A DNA stretch of 32,000 bases, from the NCBI RefSeq assembly GCF_004102945.1, contig NZ_CP019384.1, positions 1,290,001 through 1,322,000 on the forward strand, given 5' to 3'. Under the pieces are notes generated by a model. That model made no database searches and was not told the DNA's origin. It saw only the letters and a list, made by a program, of their open reading frames with translations. Positions 7,898 through 16,416 of this stretch are shown here, piece after piece (the first letter of the stretch is position 1; each line of letters starts with the position of its first letter). The stretch comes from Candidatus Velamenicoccus archaeovorus (GTDB lineage Bacteria > Omnitrophota > Gorgyraeia > Velamenicoccales > Velamenicoccaceae). A program made the translations under genes and the position numbers.

Positions 7898-9589
7898 CTA
7901 ACTCGAAGGCCTGAGGTCTTTAAGCTCCATCTGCAGCGGTGTATGGGGATTCCATTCGTCCCAACCCAGGCTATACGCCGCATCCACGCGGTTTGACGCG
8001 CTCACAAGGCCAAGAAAATCCCCCATGCCGAAACCAATGGCCTCATAAGTTACCTCTCCGTCGCTCACCCAAAACTTGATCGAGTTCTTGCCGACGAGAA
8101 TGGGTTTGCTCTTGACCAAAAGATTGAAGCTTGCAAAAATCGGCCTGTGATTGCCCTCGCCGTAAGGGCTCAAAAAATCGATCTGGCGCATCAGGTCTTT
8201 TGTGACCAAAGACAGAGGGATCTGGGCGTCGATCTCCAGGACCGGCGCCAGACGTCCCCGGCCAAGGGATTTCCTGGCAATATCGTTCAGGAGACCTTTG
8301 AATTTTCCGATATCCTGCCGTGCCAACGAAAGACCAGCGGCATACTTGTGTCCTCCGTATTCCTTGAGGCATGAGGCGCATTGAACGAGGGCCTCATAGA
8401 TATGGAAATTATGGACAGAGCGCGCCGAACCGCGGCCGATATCATCCTGAAGGGAAATAATCACGGCGGGACGATAAAATCGGTCGACGATCTTGGAGGC
8501 GACGATCCCCAAAACGCCCGGATGCCAGTCCTCGTGGCACAGAACGATGATAAAATCCTTGTCGAAATCCACGTCCCGTTCGATCAAATCCATCGCCTGT
8601 TGAAAAACCTTCTCCTCTGTTTTCTGGCGCATACGGTTGTGGTCGTTCAAGGTGCCTGCCAAACGCTGGGCCTCGCGGCTGTCCTGCGTCAACAGCAGGT
8701 CCAGGGACGCGTGCGCCGAATCCATGCGGCCGCTCGCATTGAGCCGCGGCGCCAGCACAAAACTGATGGAATGCGTCGAAAGCTTTTTGGCCTGCGCATC
8801 AAGGCCCGCCGCCTCCATGAGGGACGTCAGCCCATGGCGCTTAGTATTGTTGAGGGCATCCAAACCATGCTTAACAAGGATCCTGTTCTCTCCCTGCAGG
8901 GGGACAACGTCGGCGACCGTGCCCAGCGCCGCCAGGTCCAGATACTGACGCTCGCCTCCGGCCGACAAAGCCTGCACCAGCTTAAACGCAAGGCCCACGC
9001 TCGCCAAGTCCCTGAACGGATAAGGACATCCTGCCTGTTTGGGATTGACGATCGCCAAGGCGGCAGGCAGGCCTTCAGCAGGGGGCTCATGATGGTCGAC
9101 GATGATGACATCAATGCCTTTCTTATTCAAGGCATCTGTTTCCGCAAAAGCCGTAATACCGCAGTCAAGCGAAACAAAGACGGAGGCGCCGAAAGCCCCG
9201 GCTTCTTCGACGGCTTCCGGGTTCAGGCCGTATCCGTCCCGAACCCTGTGAGGCAAATAATGGCCGACGCTCACGCCCAGCCGCCGCAGCTCGCTCTCCA
9301 GGATCGTGCAGGAGGTGACGCCGTCGACGTCGAAATCCGTCGCAATAAAGACCTTTTCTTTTTTTTCGACGGCCCGGCGCAGACGCCCGGCCGCCTCCTT
9401 CATCCCCTTCATCAGGAAAGGATCGTGGAGATCGGCAAGGCTGGAACGCAAAAAGGCCTCCGCCTTGGCCTTGTCCGTCAATCCCCTGTTGATCAGGATC
9501 TGGGCAAAAAGCCCGCTCGTGGATAAATCGCGGCTTAAAGAGTTCTTAAGCGCAATATCGGGTTCTTTGATCTTCCATGTTTTTTGCAT
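7898..9589 (-). CDS. recJ: single-stranded-DNA-specific exonuclease RecJ
   Basis: 563 aa with DHH-family motifs (ATDFDVDGVTS, DCGI, IIVDHHEP) and a RecJ-like N-terminus. Confidence 0.93.
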   Translation of the reverse strand: MQKTWKIKEPDIALKNSLSRDLSTSGLFAQILINRGLTDKAKAEAFLRSSLADLHDPFLMKGMKEAAGRLRRAVEKKEKVFIATDFDVDGVTSCTILESELRRLGVSVGHYLPHRVRDGYGLNPEAVEEAGAFGASVFVSLDCGITAFAETDALNKKGIDVIIVDHHEPPAEGLPAALAIVNPKQAGCPYPFRDLASVGLAFKLVQALSAGGERQYLDLAALGTVADVVPLQGENRILVKHGLDALNNTKRHGLTSLMEAAGLDAQAKKLSTHSISFVLAPRLNASGRMDSAHASLDLLLTQDSREAQRLAGTLNDHNRMRQKTEEKVFQQAMDLIERDVDFDKDFIIVLCHEDWHPGVLGIVASKIVDRFYRPAVIISLQDDIGRGSARSVHNFHIYEALVQCASCLKEYGGHKYAAGLSLARQDIGKFKGLLNDIARKSLGRGRLAPVLEIDAQIPLSLVTKDLMRQIDFLSPYGEGNHRPIFASFNLLVKSKPILVGKNSIKFWVSDGEVTYEAIGFGMGDFLGLVSASNRVDAAYSLGWDEWNPHTPLQMELKDLRPSS

Positions 9590-9701
9590 GTTTGAAAGAG
9601 TTCCGGAACAAAATCAAGGAAGGCCTCAGGACAGATGCGCCGAGAACATGTTCATAAGAAAACCCTTCGGCAACCTCAAAATAGATCCAGGTAAGCCTCA
9701 G

Positions 9702-9830
9702 AGTCAACCCATATTCCCCGGCCTCGGCCTGCCCTTCGGGCAAGGCCAGGGCCGGAGCTTGTTTCGGGTTACTCTAAGCGGCCACAACATTCTTGCGCCC
9801 TAAAGGGCGGAGCTTTAGGCCGCGCAGAGT
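9702..9830. repeat. structured intergenic repeat, copy A (129 nt)
   Basis: It aligns by eye with 22460-22573 in the same orientation. There are about nine differences outside one replaced hairpin. Conserved stems are CTCT..GCGGCC/GGCCGC..AGAG and GCCC-TAAA-GGGC. Confidence 0.75.
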
Positions 9831-9855
9831 GAAAAACGGCTGTGCCGTTTTTCAC
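9829..9855 (-). terminator. argS terminator hairpin overlapping the stop codon
   Basis: GTGAAAAACGGC (9829-9840), loop TGT, GCCGTTTTTCAC (9844-9855). This is a perfect 12-bp inverted repeat with A/T tracts; the argS stop is at 9852-9854. Confidence 0.55.
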
Positions 9856-11546
9856 ATCCTCTCGGGGGCTGTCACGCCGAGCATCTTCAGGCCGCAGGCC
9901 AAGACGATCTTGACCGCCCGGATGAGATAAAGACGGGCGGCGGTCAGCGCCGCATCATCGGAAAGGACCTTGTGACGGTCGTAGAAACGATGGAAAGACG
10001 AAGCCAGGGACTGCAGATAAACAGTCAGACTGTAAGGGTCGAGCTGTTTGGCGCACACCAAAAGGCAGAACGGATATTCCAAAAGCGAGCGCATCAGGTC
10101 TTTTTCTTCGGGCTGGCCCAGGAGCGCCAGGTCGAGCCCTGCATCCTGTCTTTTGTCCGCGCTGTTCAAGATACCCGAGATGCGCGCATGGGCGTATTGG
10201 ACGTAATAAACGGGGTTCTCGGACGTCTGTTTCTTCGCCAGCTCCAGGTCGAAATCCAGATGGCTGTCGGTCTTGCGCATCAAAAAGAAGAAGCGGCCGG
10301 CATCCCGGCCCACCTCTTCCAGGAGCTCTGTCAACGTCACATATTGCCCTTTTCGCGTCGACATGGGCACGGGCACGCCGCCGCGGAAGAGCGTCGCCAG
10401 CTGGACGATGATGACATCCATGGCCTCTTCGTCGTGGCCCAGGGCCTGGATCGCCGCCTTCATGCGGGGGATGTAACCGTGGTGGTCCGGCCCCCAGATG
10501 TTGACCAGATGCGCGAACCCTCTTTGAAATTTATCCTTGTGATAAGCGATATCCGGCGTCAGGTACGTATAGGCGCCGTCCGATTTGCGTACGACCCTGT
10601 CCTTGTCGTCGCCGAAGGCCGTCGATTTAAACCAGACGGCCCCCTCGGACTCATAAATATATCCCTTGGCCTTCAGCTCCTCTAAGGCCTCCTCGACTTT
10701 TCCCGATGCGCCGAGCGCCTTCTGACTGTACCAGACGTCAAAAGAGACCCCGAAATCATCCAATTCCTTGCGGATAACAGCCATGATCTTCTGCGTGCCG
10801 TATTCCATAAAAAAGGAATCCCGGACTTCCTCGGACATCCCGTCTATCTTGCCGCGCATGGCGGGATCGTTGAAGAGTTCGGCGGCCAGGTCCCCGATAT
10901 AATCGCCCTGATAATGGTCCTCTGGAAAATCGACCGTCTCGCCCTTCTTCTCGCAATAACGCAGCCAGATGGAACGGCCGAGGATGCGGATCTGGTTGCC
11001 TTCGTCATTAAGATAGTATTCCCGCGTCACCTCGTAGCCCACGGCGCCGAGAACGTTGGCCAGAGCGTCGCCTACCGCGGCCTGACGCGCATGCGCGATC
11101 GAAAGAGCGCCCGTAGGATTGGCGCTGACGAATTCCAGAAGAAGCCGGCCCCTGCCGCCCGCATCCGTCCTGCCGAACCCCTCCTCCTCTTCATTGATCG
11201 AACGCAAAAGGTCCTGATAGACCCGGTCCGACAGGAAGATATTGATGAAGCCGGCGCCCTTGATTTCGGTGTGATGGATGAGCGTCGCGCCCTCCTTGCG
11301 GGCCAGGCGTTCGAGTTCCTCGATGATCGCAGCGGCGACCGCCTGGGGTTTTGTGCGCAGGAAAGACGAGAGCTTCATGGCGATGCTGCAAGAAAGATCC
11401 CCGAAGGATTTCTCCTTGGGGATCTCCAAAATTGCAGCATCGAGGATATGTTGGGGAACTTGATGTCCGGCGGAAGAAACGCTACAGACGGCTGCGACGC
11501 TTCTTTTAAGGAGTGACAGGAGTTGTTTTTCGACTTCCTCGAACAT
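9852..11546 (-). CDS. argS: arginine--tRNA ligase
   Basis: 564 aa with a class I signature region (SANPTGALSIAHARQAAVGD), a characteristic DALR-type C-terminal part, and a terminal ...APERM. Confidence 0.96.
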   Translation of the reverse strand: MFEEVEKQLLSLLKRSVAAVCSVSSAGHQVPQHILDAAILEIPKEKSFGDLSCSIAMKLSSFLRTKPQAVAAAIIEELERLARKEGATLIHHTEIKGAGFINIFLSDRVYQDLLRSINEEEEGFGRTDAGGRGRLLLEFVSANPTGALSIAHARQAAVGDALANVLGAVGYEVTREYYLNDEGNQIRILGRSIWLRYCEKKGETVDFPEDHYQGDYIGDLAAELFNDPAMRGKIDGMSEEVRDSFFMEYGTQKIMAVIRKELDDFGVSFDVWYSQKALGASGKVEEALEELKAKGYIYESEGAVWFKSTAFGDDKDRVVRKSDGAYTYLTPDIAYHKDKFQRGFAHLVNIWGPDHHGYIPRMKAAIQALGHDEEAMDVIIVQLATLFRGGVPVPMSTRKGQYVTLTELLEEVGRDAGRFFFLMRKTDSHLDFDLELAKKQTSENPVYYVQYAHARISGILNSADKRQDAGLDLALLGQPEEKDLMRSLLEYPFCLLVCAKQLDPYSLTVYLQSLASSFHRFYDRHKVLSDDAALTAARLYLIRAVKIVLACGLKMLGVTAPERM

Positions 11547-11853
11547 TTACTTTCTTCGCGTCCGCCCACAATCTGTCTAAGCTGTAGTAGTCACGGACGT
11601 CTTTAAAAAAAATGTGGATAACTATGTCGGAATAATCCAACAGTATCCACACGCCTTCGCGTTTTCCTTCGACCGATTTCAGCACCAGGCCGTGCTGGTC
11701 GAACGTCTCTTCGATGAGCTCCGCGATCGCCGCCGCCCGCCGTTGCGAAGCGGCGCTGCAGATGACAAAATAATCGCAGAAGTTTGCCACCTTCCTCATA
11801 TCAAGCACAACGACGTCTTCTGCTTTCCTCTCTTCTGCGAGCCTGGCCGCCAA
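11506..11853 (-). CDS. rsfS: ribosome silencing factor RsfS (iojap family)
   Basis: ...RKAEDVVVLDMRKVANFCDYFVICSAASQRRAAAIAELIEE...WILLDYSDIVIHIFFKDVRDYYSLDRLWADA is typical RsfS. The track start at 11853 is a TTG. An AGGAGG at 11884-11889 precedes an in-frame ATA at 11877, so the true start is uncertain. The 3' end overlaps argS by 41 nt. Confidence 0.85.
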   Translation of the reverse strand: MAARLAEERKAEDVVVLDMRKVANFCDYFVICSAASQRRAAAIAELIEETFDQHGLVLKSVEGKREGVWILLDYSDIVIHIFFKDVRDYYSLDRLWADAKKVNVRGSRKTTPVTP

Positions 11854-11919
11854 GAGAGCCTTTTTTCTGGCTTCTATGTGACACCCTCCTGTTGAAAAAT
11901 ACCCGGGGTCTAGAGGATA

Positions 11920-12060
11920 TTACTTACCAAGGATCTTAAACATGGACGTACCGCAATTGGCGCATTTTCCCTTCATGGCTTTGCGGCCGTTCTTCATGGT
12001 CTGCTCTTTGGTATCCTTCATTTCCCTCTTCGACTTGCATTTGACGCAATAACCTTCCAT
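11920..12060 (-). CDS. 46-aa zinc-ribbon protein (resembles the DUF5679 small-protein family)
   Basis: Not in the ORF track because it is under 60 aa. Hand translation gives MEGYCVKCKSKREMKDTKEQTMKNGRKAMKGKCANCGTSMFKILGK*. A GGAGG lies 6 nt upstream of ATG 12060. Two CxxC pairs are present. Confidence 0.8.
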   Translation of the reverse strand: MEGYCVKCKSKREMKDTKEQTMKNGRKAMKGKCANCGTSMFKILGK

Positions 12061-12195
12061 ATTCTGCCTCCTGTTGTCTGGAGCCCCATAGGCCCGTGTT
12101 CGCCTGGGGCGACGTCCCTATCCGCCATGATGATGCCGCGGCTTTCCCTGCGGAATTCTGGCAAAAGGGATAAACGGATAACTATGCCTTGTTTA

Positions 12196-12224
12196 TTTTT
12201 ACCATAACTCAAAAGTCATGTCAA
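12196..12224 (-). promoter_or_regulatory. sigma70-type promoter upstream of the zinc-ribbon gene (about 125-nt leader)
   Basis: On the minus strand: TTGACA (12224-12219), a 17-nt spacer, TAAAAA(T) (12201-12196). Confidence 0.45.
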
Positions 12225-12260
12225 ATTGTTTTAGCCTGCCGCAGGCCGGGCGGAGGTATT

Positions 12261-13532
12261 TTACCGTTCGGCCGCCATCTGGCGTATCTTCTCCTGGCAG
12301 GCGTCGACGCCCGGCCCGACCGCTGCCACGTGCAGGCGGCGCCAGGAGATCATCTCTTCGGCAACGCGGAGGATATCCGCCGCAGTGGTGCGCTCGATCT
12401 GCCGCCTGATCTCCTCCTTGGTCTGAAGGAAACCCAGGTTCATCAGGGAATCTCCGACCCAAAGCATATGCTCCATGGTGTCGTCCAGCGCCATTTCCGA
12501 CTGGGCGGTCAGGAAATCCTTGGCCCGGCGCAGTTCGGCCGCAGAAACCTTCTGTTGCCTGATACGGTCGAGCTCCTGGAAGATCACCCGGGAGGCCTCC
12601 AAGAGGTTGCGGCTGTCGATTCCGGCATGGACAAAGAAGACGCCGGTATCCCTCAACCTTTTGACGTGGCTGGCGATCTCGTAAGCCAGCCCCTTTTTCT
12701 CCCGGACCTCGTTAAACAGGCGGCTGGACATATTGCCGCCAAGGATGACGTGGATAAGCCCTTGGGCGAAGCGGTCGCGGTGAGCGCGCCATAAAGAAGG
12801 AAAACCGATATGGATATGCGTCTGCTCGATATCCTTGGCGACCAGCTTGATCTGCGGCCCCTGATGATGCGCCGCAAAAGGCTCGACGCGGCCGACGGCC
12901 GCAATCTTGAGACCGGCATACAGCCTCTCGACAGCATCCTCCAGGAGCTCCTCATCCAGGGCGCCGGCGCAGGCGATCACGATATTGGCCGGGCTGTACC
13001 ACTGTCCGTGATACGCCGAGAGGATGTTTGAGCTGATCGCCTTCACGGTCTCGATGGAACCGGCGATATTGCGTCCCAAGGGGTGATGCGGCCACAAAAG
13101 CTCGTCAAAGACCTCCGCGACCTGGAACTGCGGCAGGTCCTTATACATCTTGATCTCTTCGATGATAACGGTCCTCTCCTTCTCGATGTCGGACTCCTTC
13201 AATACAGGATGGAGAACCATATCCGAGAGGACGCCGAAGACTTTCTTGAGATGGCGGCCGAGGAATTTGGCGTAATAGCAGGTGTTTTCTTCGGAAGTGA
13301 AGGCATTGAGGGCCCCTCCCAGGCCCTCGATGGATTCCTTGATCTGGTCGCCGGTATATTTTTTGGACCCCTTGAACAGGAGGTGTTCCAGAAAATGGCT
13401 GACGCCGTTCGTGGCCGCAGGTTCGTTGCGCGACCCTGCATTGACCCAGAAACCGAGGGCGACGGAAGAAACCCCCTCCATCTTGCGATACACCAGCCGC
13501 ACACCGTTGCCGTACTCGCGGATCTTATACAT
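12261..13532 (-). CDS. M16 family (insulinase/pitrilysin-like) zinc peptidase
   Basis: HFLEHLLFKG carries the inverted zinc motif HxxEH. I place the start at ATG 13532 ([10 protein letters not shown]...). That start overlaps the trpA stop by 8 nt (ATGTATAA); the track start at 13577 is less likely. Confidence 0.9.
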   Translation of the reverse strand: MYKIREYGNGVRLVYRKMEGVSSVALGFWVNAGSRNEPAATNGVSHFLEHLLFKGSKKYTGDQIKESIEGLGGALNAFTSEENTCYYAKFLGRHLKKVFGVLSDMVLHPVLKESDIEKERTVIIEEIKMYKDLPQFQVAEVFDELLWPHHPLGRNIAGSIETVKAISSNILSAYHGQWYSPANIVIACAGALDEELLEDAVERLYAGLKIAAVGRVEPFAAHHQGPQIKLVAKDIEQTHIHIGFPSLWRAHRDRFAQGLIHVILGGNMSSRLFNEVREKKGLAYEIASHVKRLRDTGVFFVHAGIDSRNLLEASRVIFQELDRIRQQKVSAAELRRAKDFLTAQSEMALDDTMEHMLWVGDSLMNLGFLQTKEEIRRQIERTTAADILRVAEEMISWRRLHVAAVGPGVDACQEKIRQMAAER

Positions 13533-14322
13533 GGGTTCCCTTAAGACTCCTGACAAAAGCCGCGGTCCGCGCGGCATAATCCTTTAACCTCAGGCCTTCA
13601 CGGATTTTGTTCACCACGGCGCTGCCTACGATGACGCCGTCACAATAACGCCCAAGCTCCCTGACCTGTTTCGGCGAAGAAACTCCGAAACCCACGCACA
13701 CAGGCGTCTCCCCTGCGATCCTTTTTGCAGCCGCAAGGCGTGCCTTGAGGTCGGGCGGCAGTTTGCGCCGCGCCCCGGTAACGCCGACGAGAGAAACAAA
13801 ATAGATAAAACCCCTGGCTTGGGCGGCGATGGTCCGGGCGCGCGCCGGCGGCGTCGTAGGAGAAATAAAAAGCACCACGGCCAACCCCTTCCTGCGGGCT
13901 TCGGCCTGAAAATCCTTTTCTTCCTGCGGGGGCAAATCCGGGATGATAACACCGTCAAGCCCCGCCTTCAGCGCATCGGTGACAAAACGTCTGGGCCCGT
14001 ATTGCAGCACGGGGTTGAAATACGTCATGGCGACCAACGGGATCTGCGTGCGGCGGCGCAGCCGTCCGACAAGACCCAGGACATCTTTAAGGGTCACACC
14101 TTTTTTGAGCGCCTCAAAAGAAGACATCTGGATGACGGGCCCGTCGGCAATGGGGTCTGAAAACGGCACGCCCAGCTCGACCACGTCGGCGCCGGCAGAC
14201 TCCAACCCCAGGACGATCTTCTCCGTTGCGCCAAGACCGGGATAACCCGCCGTTACAAACGGGATCAGCGCCCGCCGGCCTCTTTTTTTCAGTTTTCTGA
14301 ACGTCGCATCAATGCGATTCAT
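13525..14322 (-). CDS. trpA: tryptophan synthase alpha chain
   Basis: 265 aa with [10 protein letters not shown] and [22 protein letters not shown], which are TrpA hallmarks. Confidence 0.95.
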   Translation of the reverse strand: MNRIDATFRKLKKRGRRALIPFVTAGYPGLGATEKIVLGLESAGADVVELGVPFSDPIADGPVIQMSSFEALKKGVTLKDVLGLVGRLRRRTQIPLVAMTYFNPVLQYGPRRFVTDALKAGLDGVIIPDLPPQEEKDFQAEARRKGLAVVLFISPTTPPARARTIAAQARGFIYFVSLVGVTGARRKLPPDLKARLAAAKRIAGETPVCVGFGVSSPKQVRELGRYCDGVIVGSAVVNKIREGLRLKDYAARTAAFVRSLKGTHV

Positions 14323-15496
14323 GGCTCAATGTATTGGCGTCCTTATCGCCGCGACCCGAAAGACAGACAATCACGATATCGTTCTTCTTTAAATGCTTTG
14401 CCAGCTTCGGCAGATAGGCCAGCGCGTGCGAAGACTCAAGCGCCGGAATGATCCCTTCCGTCTTCGACAGGAGCCCAAAGGCCTCGATAGCTTCGCGGTC
14501 CGTAACGGCCGCATATTGCGCGCGGCCTGTCTGGCGGTAATAAGCATGTTCCGGCCCGACGCCCGGATAATCCAGGCCCGCGGCCACGGAATGCGCAATC
14601 TTGACCTGCCCGTCCTTGTCCTGGAGGAGAAAACTCTTGGCGCCATGCAGGACGCCGACGCGCCCCGCGACCAGGGTTGCGGAATGACGCCCCGTCTTGA
14701 GACCGAAACCCGCGGCCTCGACGCCCAGAAACCTGACGGACCTGTCGTTATAAAACGGATGAAAAAGCCCGATGGAATTACTGCCGCCGCCGACGCAGGC
14801 CACGAGATATTTCGGCAGGCGGCCTTCGATCTTCAGGACCTGCTGCCTGGCCTCCTTGCCGATGACGGTCTGGAAATCGCGGACCATTTCCGGATAGGGA
14901 TGCGGCCCGCCTACGGAACCCAAAAGATAATATGTCGTCTTGACGTTCGTCACCCAGTCGCGGATGGCCTCGGACATGGCGTCTTTAAGGGTCCTGGATC
15001 CGCTGGTCACGGGCACGACGCGGGCGCCCAGCAGTTTCATACGGTAAACGTTCAGCGCCTGGCGTTCCATGTCCTCGGTGCCCATATAGACGTGGCATTC
15101 CAGGCCGAAAAGCGCGCACACCGTCGCCGTCGCGACCCCGTGCTGGCCGGCGCCGGTCTCGGCAACGATCCTCTTCTTGCCCATGCGCCGGGCGAGCAAC
15201 CCTTGAGCCAGGGCATTATTGATCTTATGCGATCCCGTATGGAGGAGGTCTTCGCGCTTGAGATAAATCCTTCCACGGCCCAGGACCGAACTCAATTGTT
15301 TGCAAAAATACAACGGCGTCGGCCGGCCGGCATAATGACGCAAATAATATTCCACCTCGCGCTTAAAGGACGCGTCCCGGCGCAACCGCCGGTAAGCCGC
15401 CTCCAGGTCTCTTAGAGGCGTCATCAGCGTCTCCGGCATGTATTGTCCGCCGAAGACCCCGTAATGTCCGTTTTTGTCTGGTAATAATGGTTTCAT
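14309..15496 (-). CDS. trpB: tryptophan synthase beta chain
   Basis: 395 aa with HTGSHKINN (PLP lysine) and GGGSNSIG. It overlaps trpA by 14 nt. Confidence 0.96.
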   Translation of the reverse strand: MKPLLPDKNGHYGVFGGQYMPETLMTPLRDLEAAYRRLRRDASFKREVEYYLRHYAGRPTPLYFCKQLSSVLGRGRIYLKREDLLHTGSHKINNALAQGLLARRMGKKRIVAETGAGQHGVATATVCALFGLECHVYMGTEDMERQALNVYRMKLLGARVVPVTSGSRTLKDAMSEAIRDWVTNVKTTYYLLGSVGGPHPYPEMVRDFQTVIGKEARQQVLKIEGRLPKYLVACVGGGSNSIGLFHPFYNDRSVRFLGVEAAGFGLKTGRHSATLVAGRVGVLHGAKSFLLQDKDGQVKIAHSVAAGLDYPGVGPEHAYYRQTGRAQYAAVTDREAIEAFGLLSKTEGIIPALESSHALAYLPKLAKHLKKNDIVIVCLSGRGDKDANTLSHESH

Positions 15497-15551
15497 TTTG
15501 CCTCTTCAATGAGCGCATTATTTACGTCATTATATTCCGTAAATCATGGCC

Positions 15552-16238
15552 TCATTTGACCTCTTTTTCCTCTTTAGATTCTGTCTTTGCTTCCTGGACG
15601 ACGGTCCCCGCACTCTTAGTCTCATGCCTTGCTTCCTGTTTTGCTGCAGGGACTACGGCGGCCTCTTCCTGGCTGCCGGCATACTTGAACTTAAATGCCG
15701 CCTTGGAAAGCTTGCCGAAAAGCTCCAGGTCCTGCTTGAGGAGCGGCGCCGGTTCGATGATACGCGAAAAACCCTCCCAGACGCCAAACCATCCCAAGGG
15801 CATCAGGATGATGGCGATCAGCTCCAGGGCCAGTTTATCGAGCATCTGAAAATATGTCAGCATGGTCAGGGATGACAAAGATGCAATACCCCCGACGACA
15901 AACAAAGACCCTTTGCGGATCGCCAGCGCGATCTCTTTCTGAAGCGACAGGTGACGGAACTTAAAATACTGCTTGAGACGCTTGTTCACCAGCTTCTCGG
16001 TCACCTCGTCCTTCAAAGAAGCCGGCGCGTAGATCGTGATGACAAACTCGCCCCTCTGCGTCTCGCGATATCTCTTTTTTAATTCCGAGAGAAAATCCTC
16101 GGAAAGGATGCGCTGGTCGATGGGGCTGGGGTCGAAGTCGGAGAATACGTCGTCCCAGGAATCAATCGCAATGGATATCTCCTGAATATCCTTGATATGC
16201 TCTTCAATCTCCGCAGTCTTTTCAGGTTTTTCGGGCAT
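15552..16238 (-). CDS. hypothetical membrane protein (acidic N-terminal domain, two predicted TM helices, Lys/Glu-rich tail)
   Basis: The ORF is 15552-16304, and ATG 16238 (MPEKPEKTAEIEEHIKD...) is the only ATG near the 5' end. Hydrophobic stretches are LFVVGGIASLSSLTMLTYF and LELIAIILMPLGWFGVW. No clear Shine-Dalgarno is present, so the start is uncertain. Confidence 0.6.
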   Translation of the reverse strand: MPEKPEKTAEIEEHIKDIQEISIAIDSWDDVFSDFDPSPIDQRILSEDFLSELKKRYRETQRGEFVITIYAPASLKDEVTEKLVNKRLKQYFKFRHLSLQKEIALAIRKGSLFVVGGIASLSSLTMLTYFQMLDKLALELIAIILMPLGWFGVWEGFSRIIEPAPLLKQDLELFGKLSKAAFKFKYAGSQEEAAVVPAAKQEARHETKSAGTVVQEAKTESKEEKEVK

Positions 16239-16278
16239 TGTCGTCAAGGAGGCAGGAAACCAAAAAAAGAAAAACGAA

Positions 16279-16351
16279 AATCGACAATCGAAAATAGACC
16301 GCAATCGAGAAAAACTTCCTAATATCTCATCTCGATTTTCGATTCTCGATT
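16279..16351. repeat. array of AATCGA / TCGATT hexamers in inverted arrangement (7-nt phasing)
   Basis: AATCGA occurs at 16279, 16286 and 16303. TCGATT occurs at 16332, 16339 and 16346. It lies between the tRNA terminator hairpin and the hypothetical membrane-protein gene. Confidence 0.55.
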
Positions 16352-16356
16352 GCTCT

Positions 16357-16389
16357 GCATTAAATTTTTGCAGAGCAAAAATTTAATGC
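16357..16389 (-). terminator. perfect 15-bp AT-rich hairpin abutting the duplicated tRNA-Phe 3' end (probable original tRNA terminator)
   Basis: GCATTAAATTTTTGC (16357-16371), loop AGA, GCAAAAATTTAATGC (16375-16389). The last 3 nt belong to the tRNA 3'-end copy. Confidence 0.55.
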
Positions 16390-16416
16390 CCAGAGAGGGA
16401 ATTGAACCCCCGACGC
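16387..16416 (-). repeat. 30-nt exact duplicate of the tRNA-Phe 3' end (att-like direct repeat / tRNA fragment)
   Basis: TGCCCAGAGAGGGAATTGAACCCCCGACGC at 16387-16416 is identical to 16601-16630. The segment covers the variable loop, T arm, 3' acceptor strand and discriminator. Confidence 0.9.

Noticed and set aside
9306-9803. Shared peptide GLPFGQGQG between ORFs 9306-9803 and 16675-17100, suggesting a protein family
   Set aside because: The similarity is just the translation of the shared 31-nt DNA hairpin module (9722-9752 = 16743-16773). Both ORFs run across tRNA genes, terminators and repeats, and they lack start-site signals.
12061-12195. ZTP (pfl)-like or other known riboswitch in the leader of the zinc-ribbon gene
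   Set aside because: Only short resemblances are present (GGCGAAC, and CGCCTGGGGC on the opposite strand). They are in the wrong order and orientation for the pfl motif, so this is not enough to call any known class.
15497-15551. Tryptophan attenuator, leader peptide or T-box upstream of trpB
   Set aside because: The spacer is only 55 nt and has no Trp-codon leader ORF and no T-box specifier or antiterminator elements. It contains only a TATAAT-like hexamer and a GAAGAGG ribosome-binding site.
16239-16304. TTG start at 16304 giving a hydrophobic N-terminal extension (MRSIFDCRFSFFFFWFPASL) on the membrane-protein gene
   Set aside because: The extension is the translation of the A/T-rich TCGATT/poly-A repeat region, so it is a low-complexity artefact. 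The ATG at 16238 is more plausible, although the start remains uncertain.
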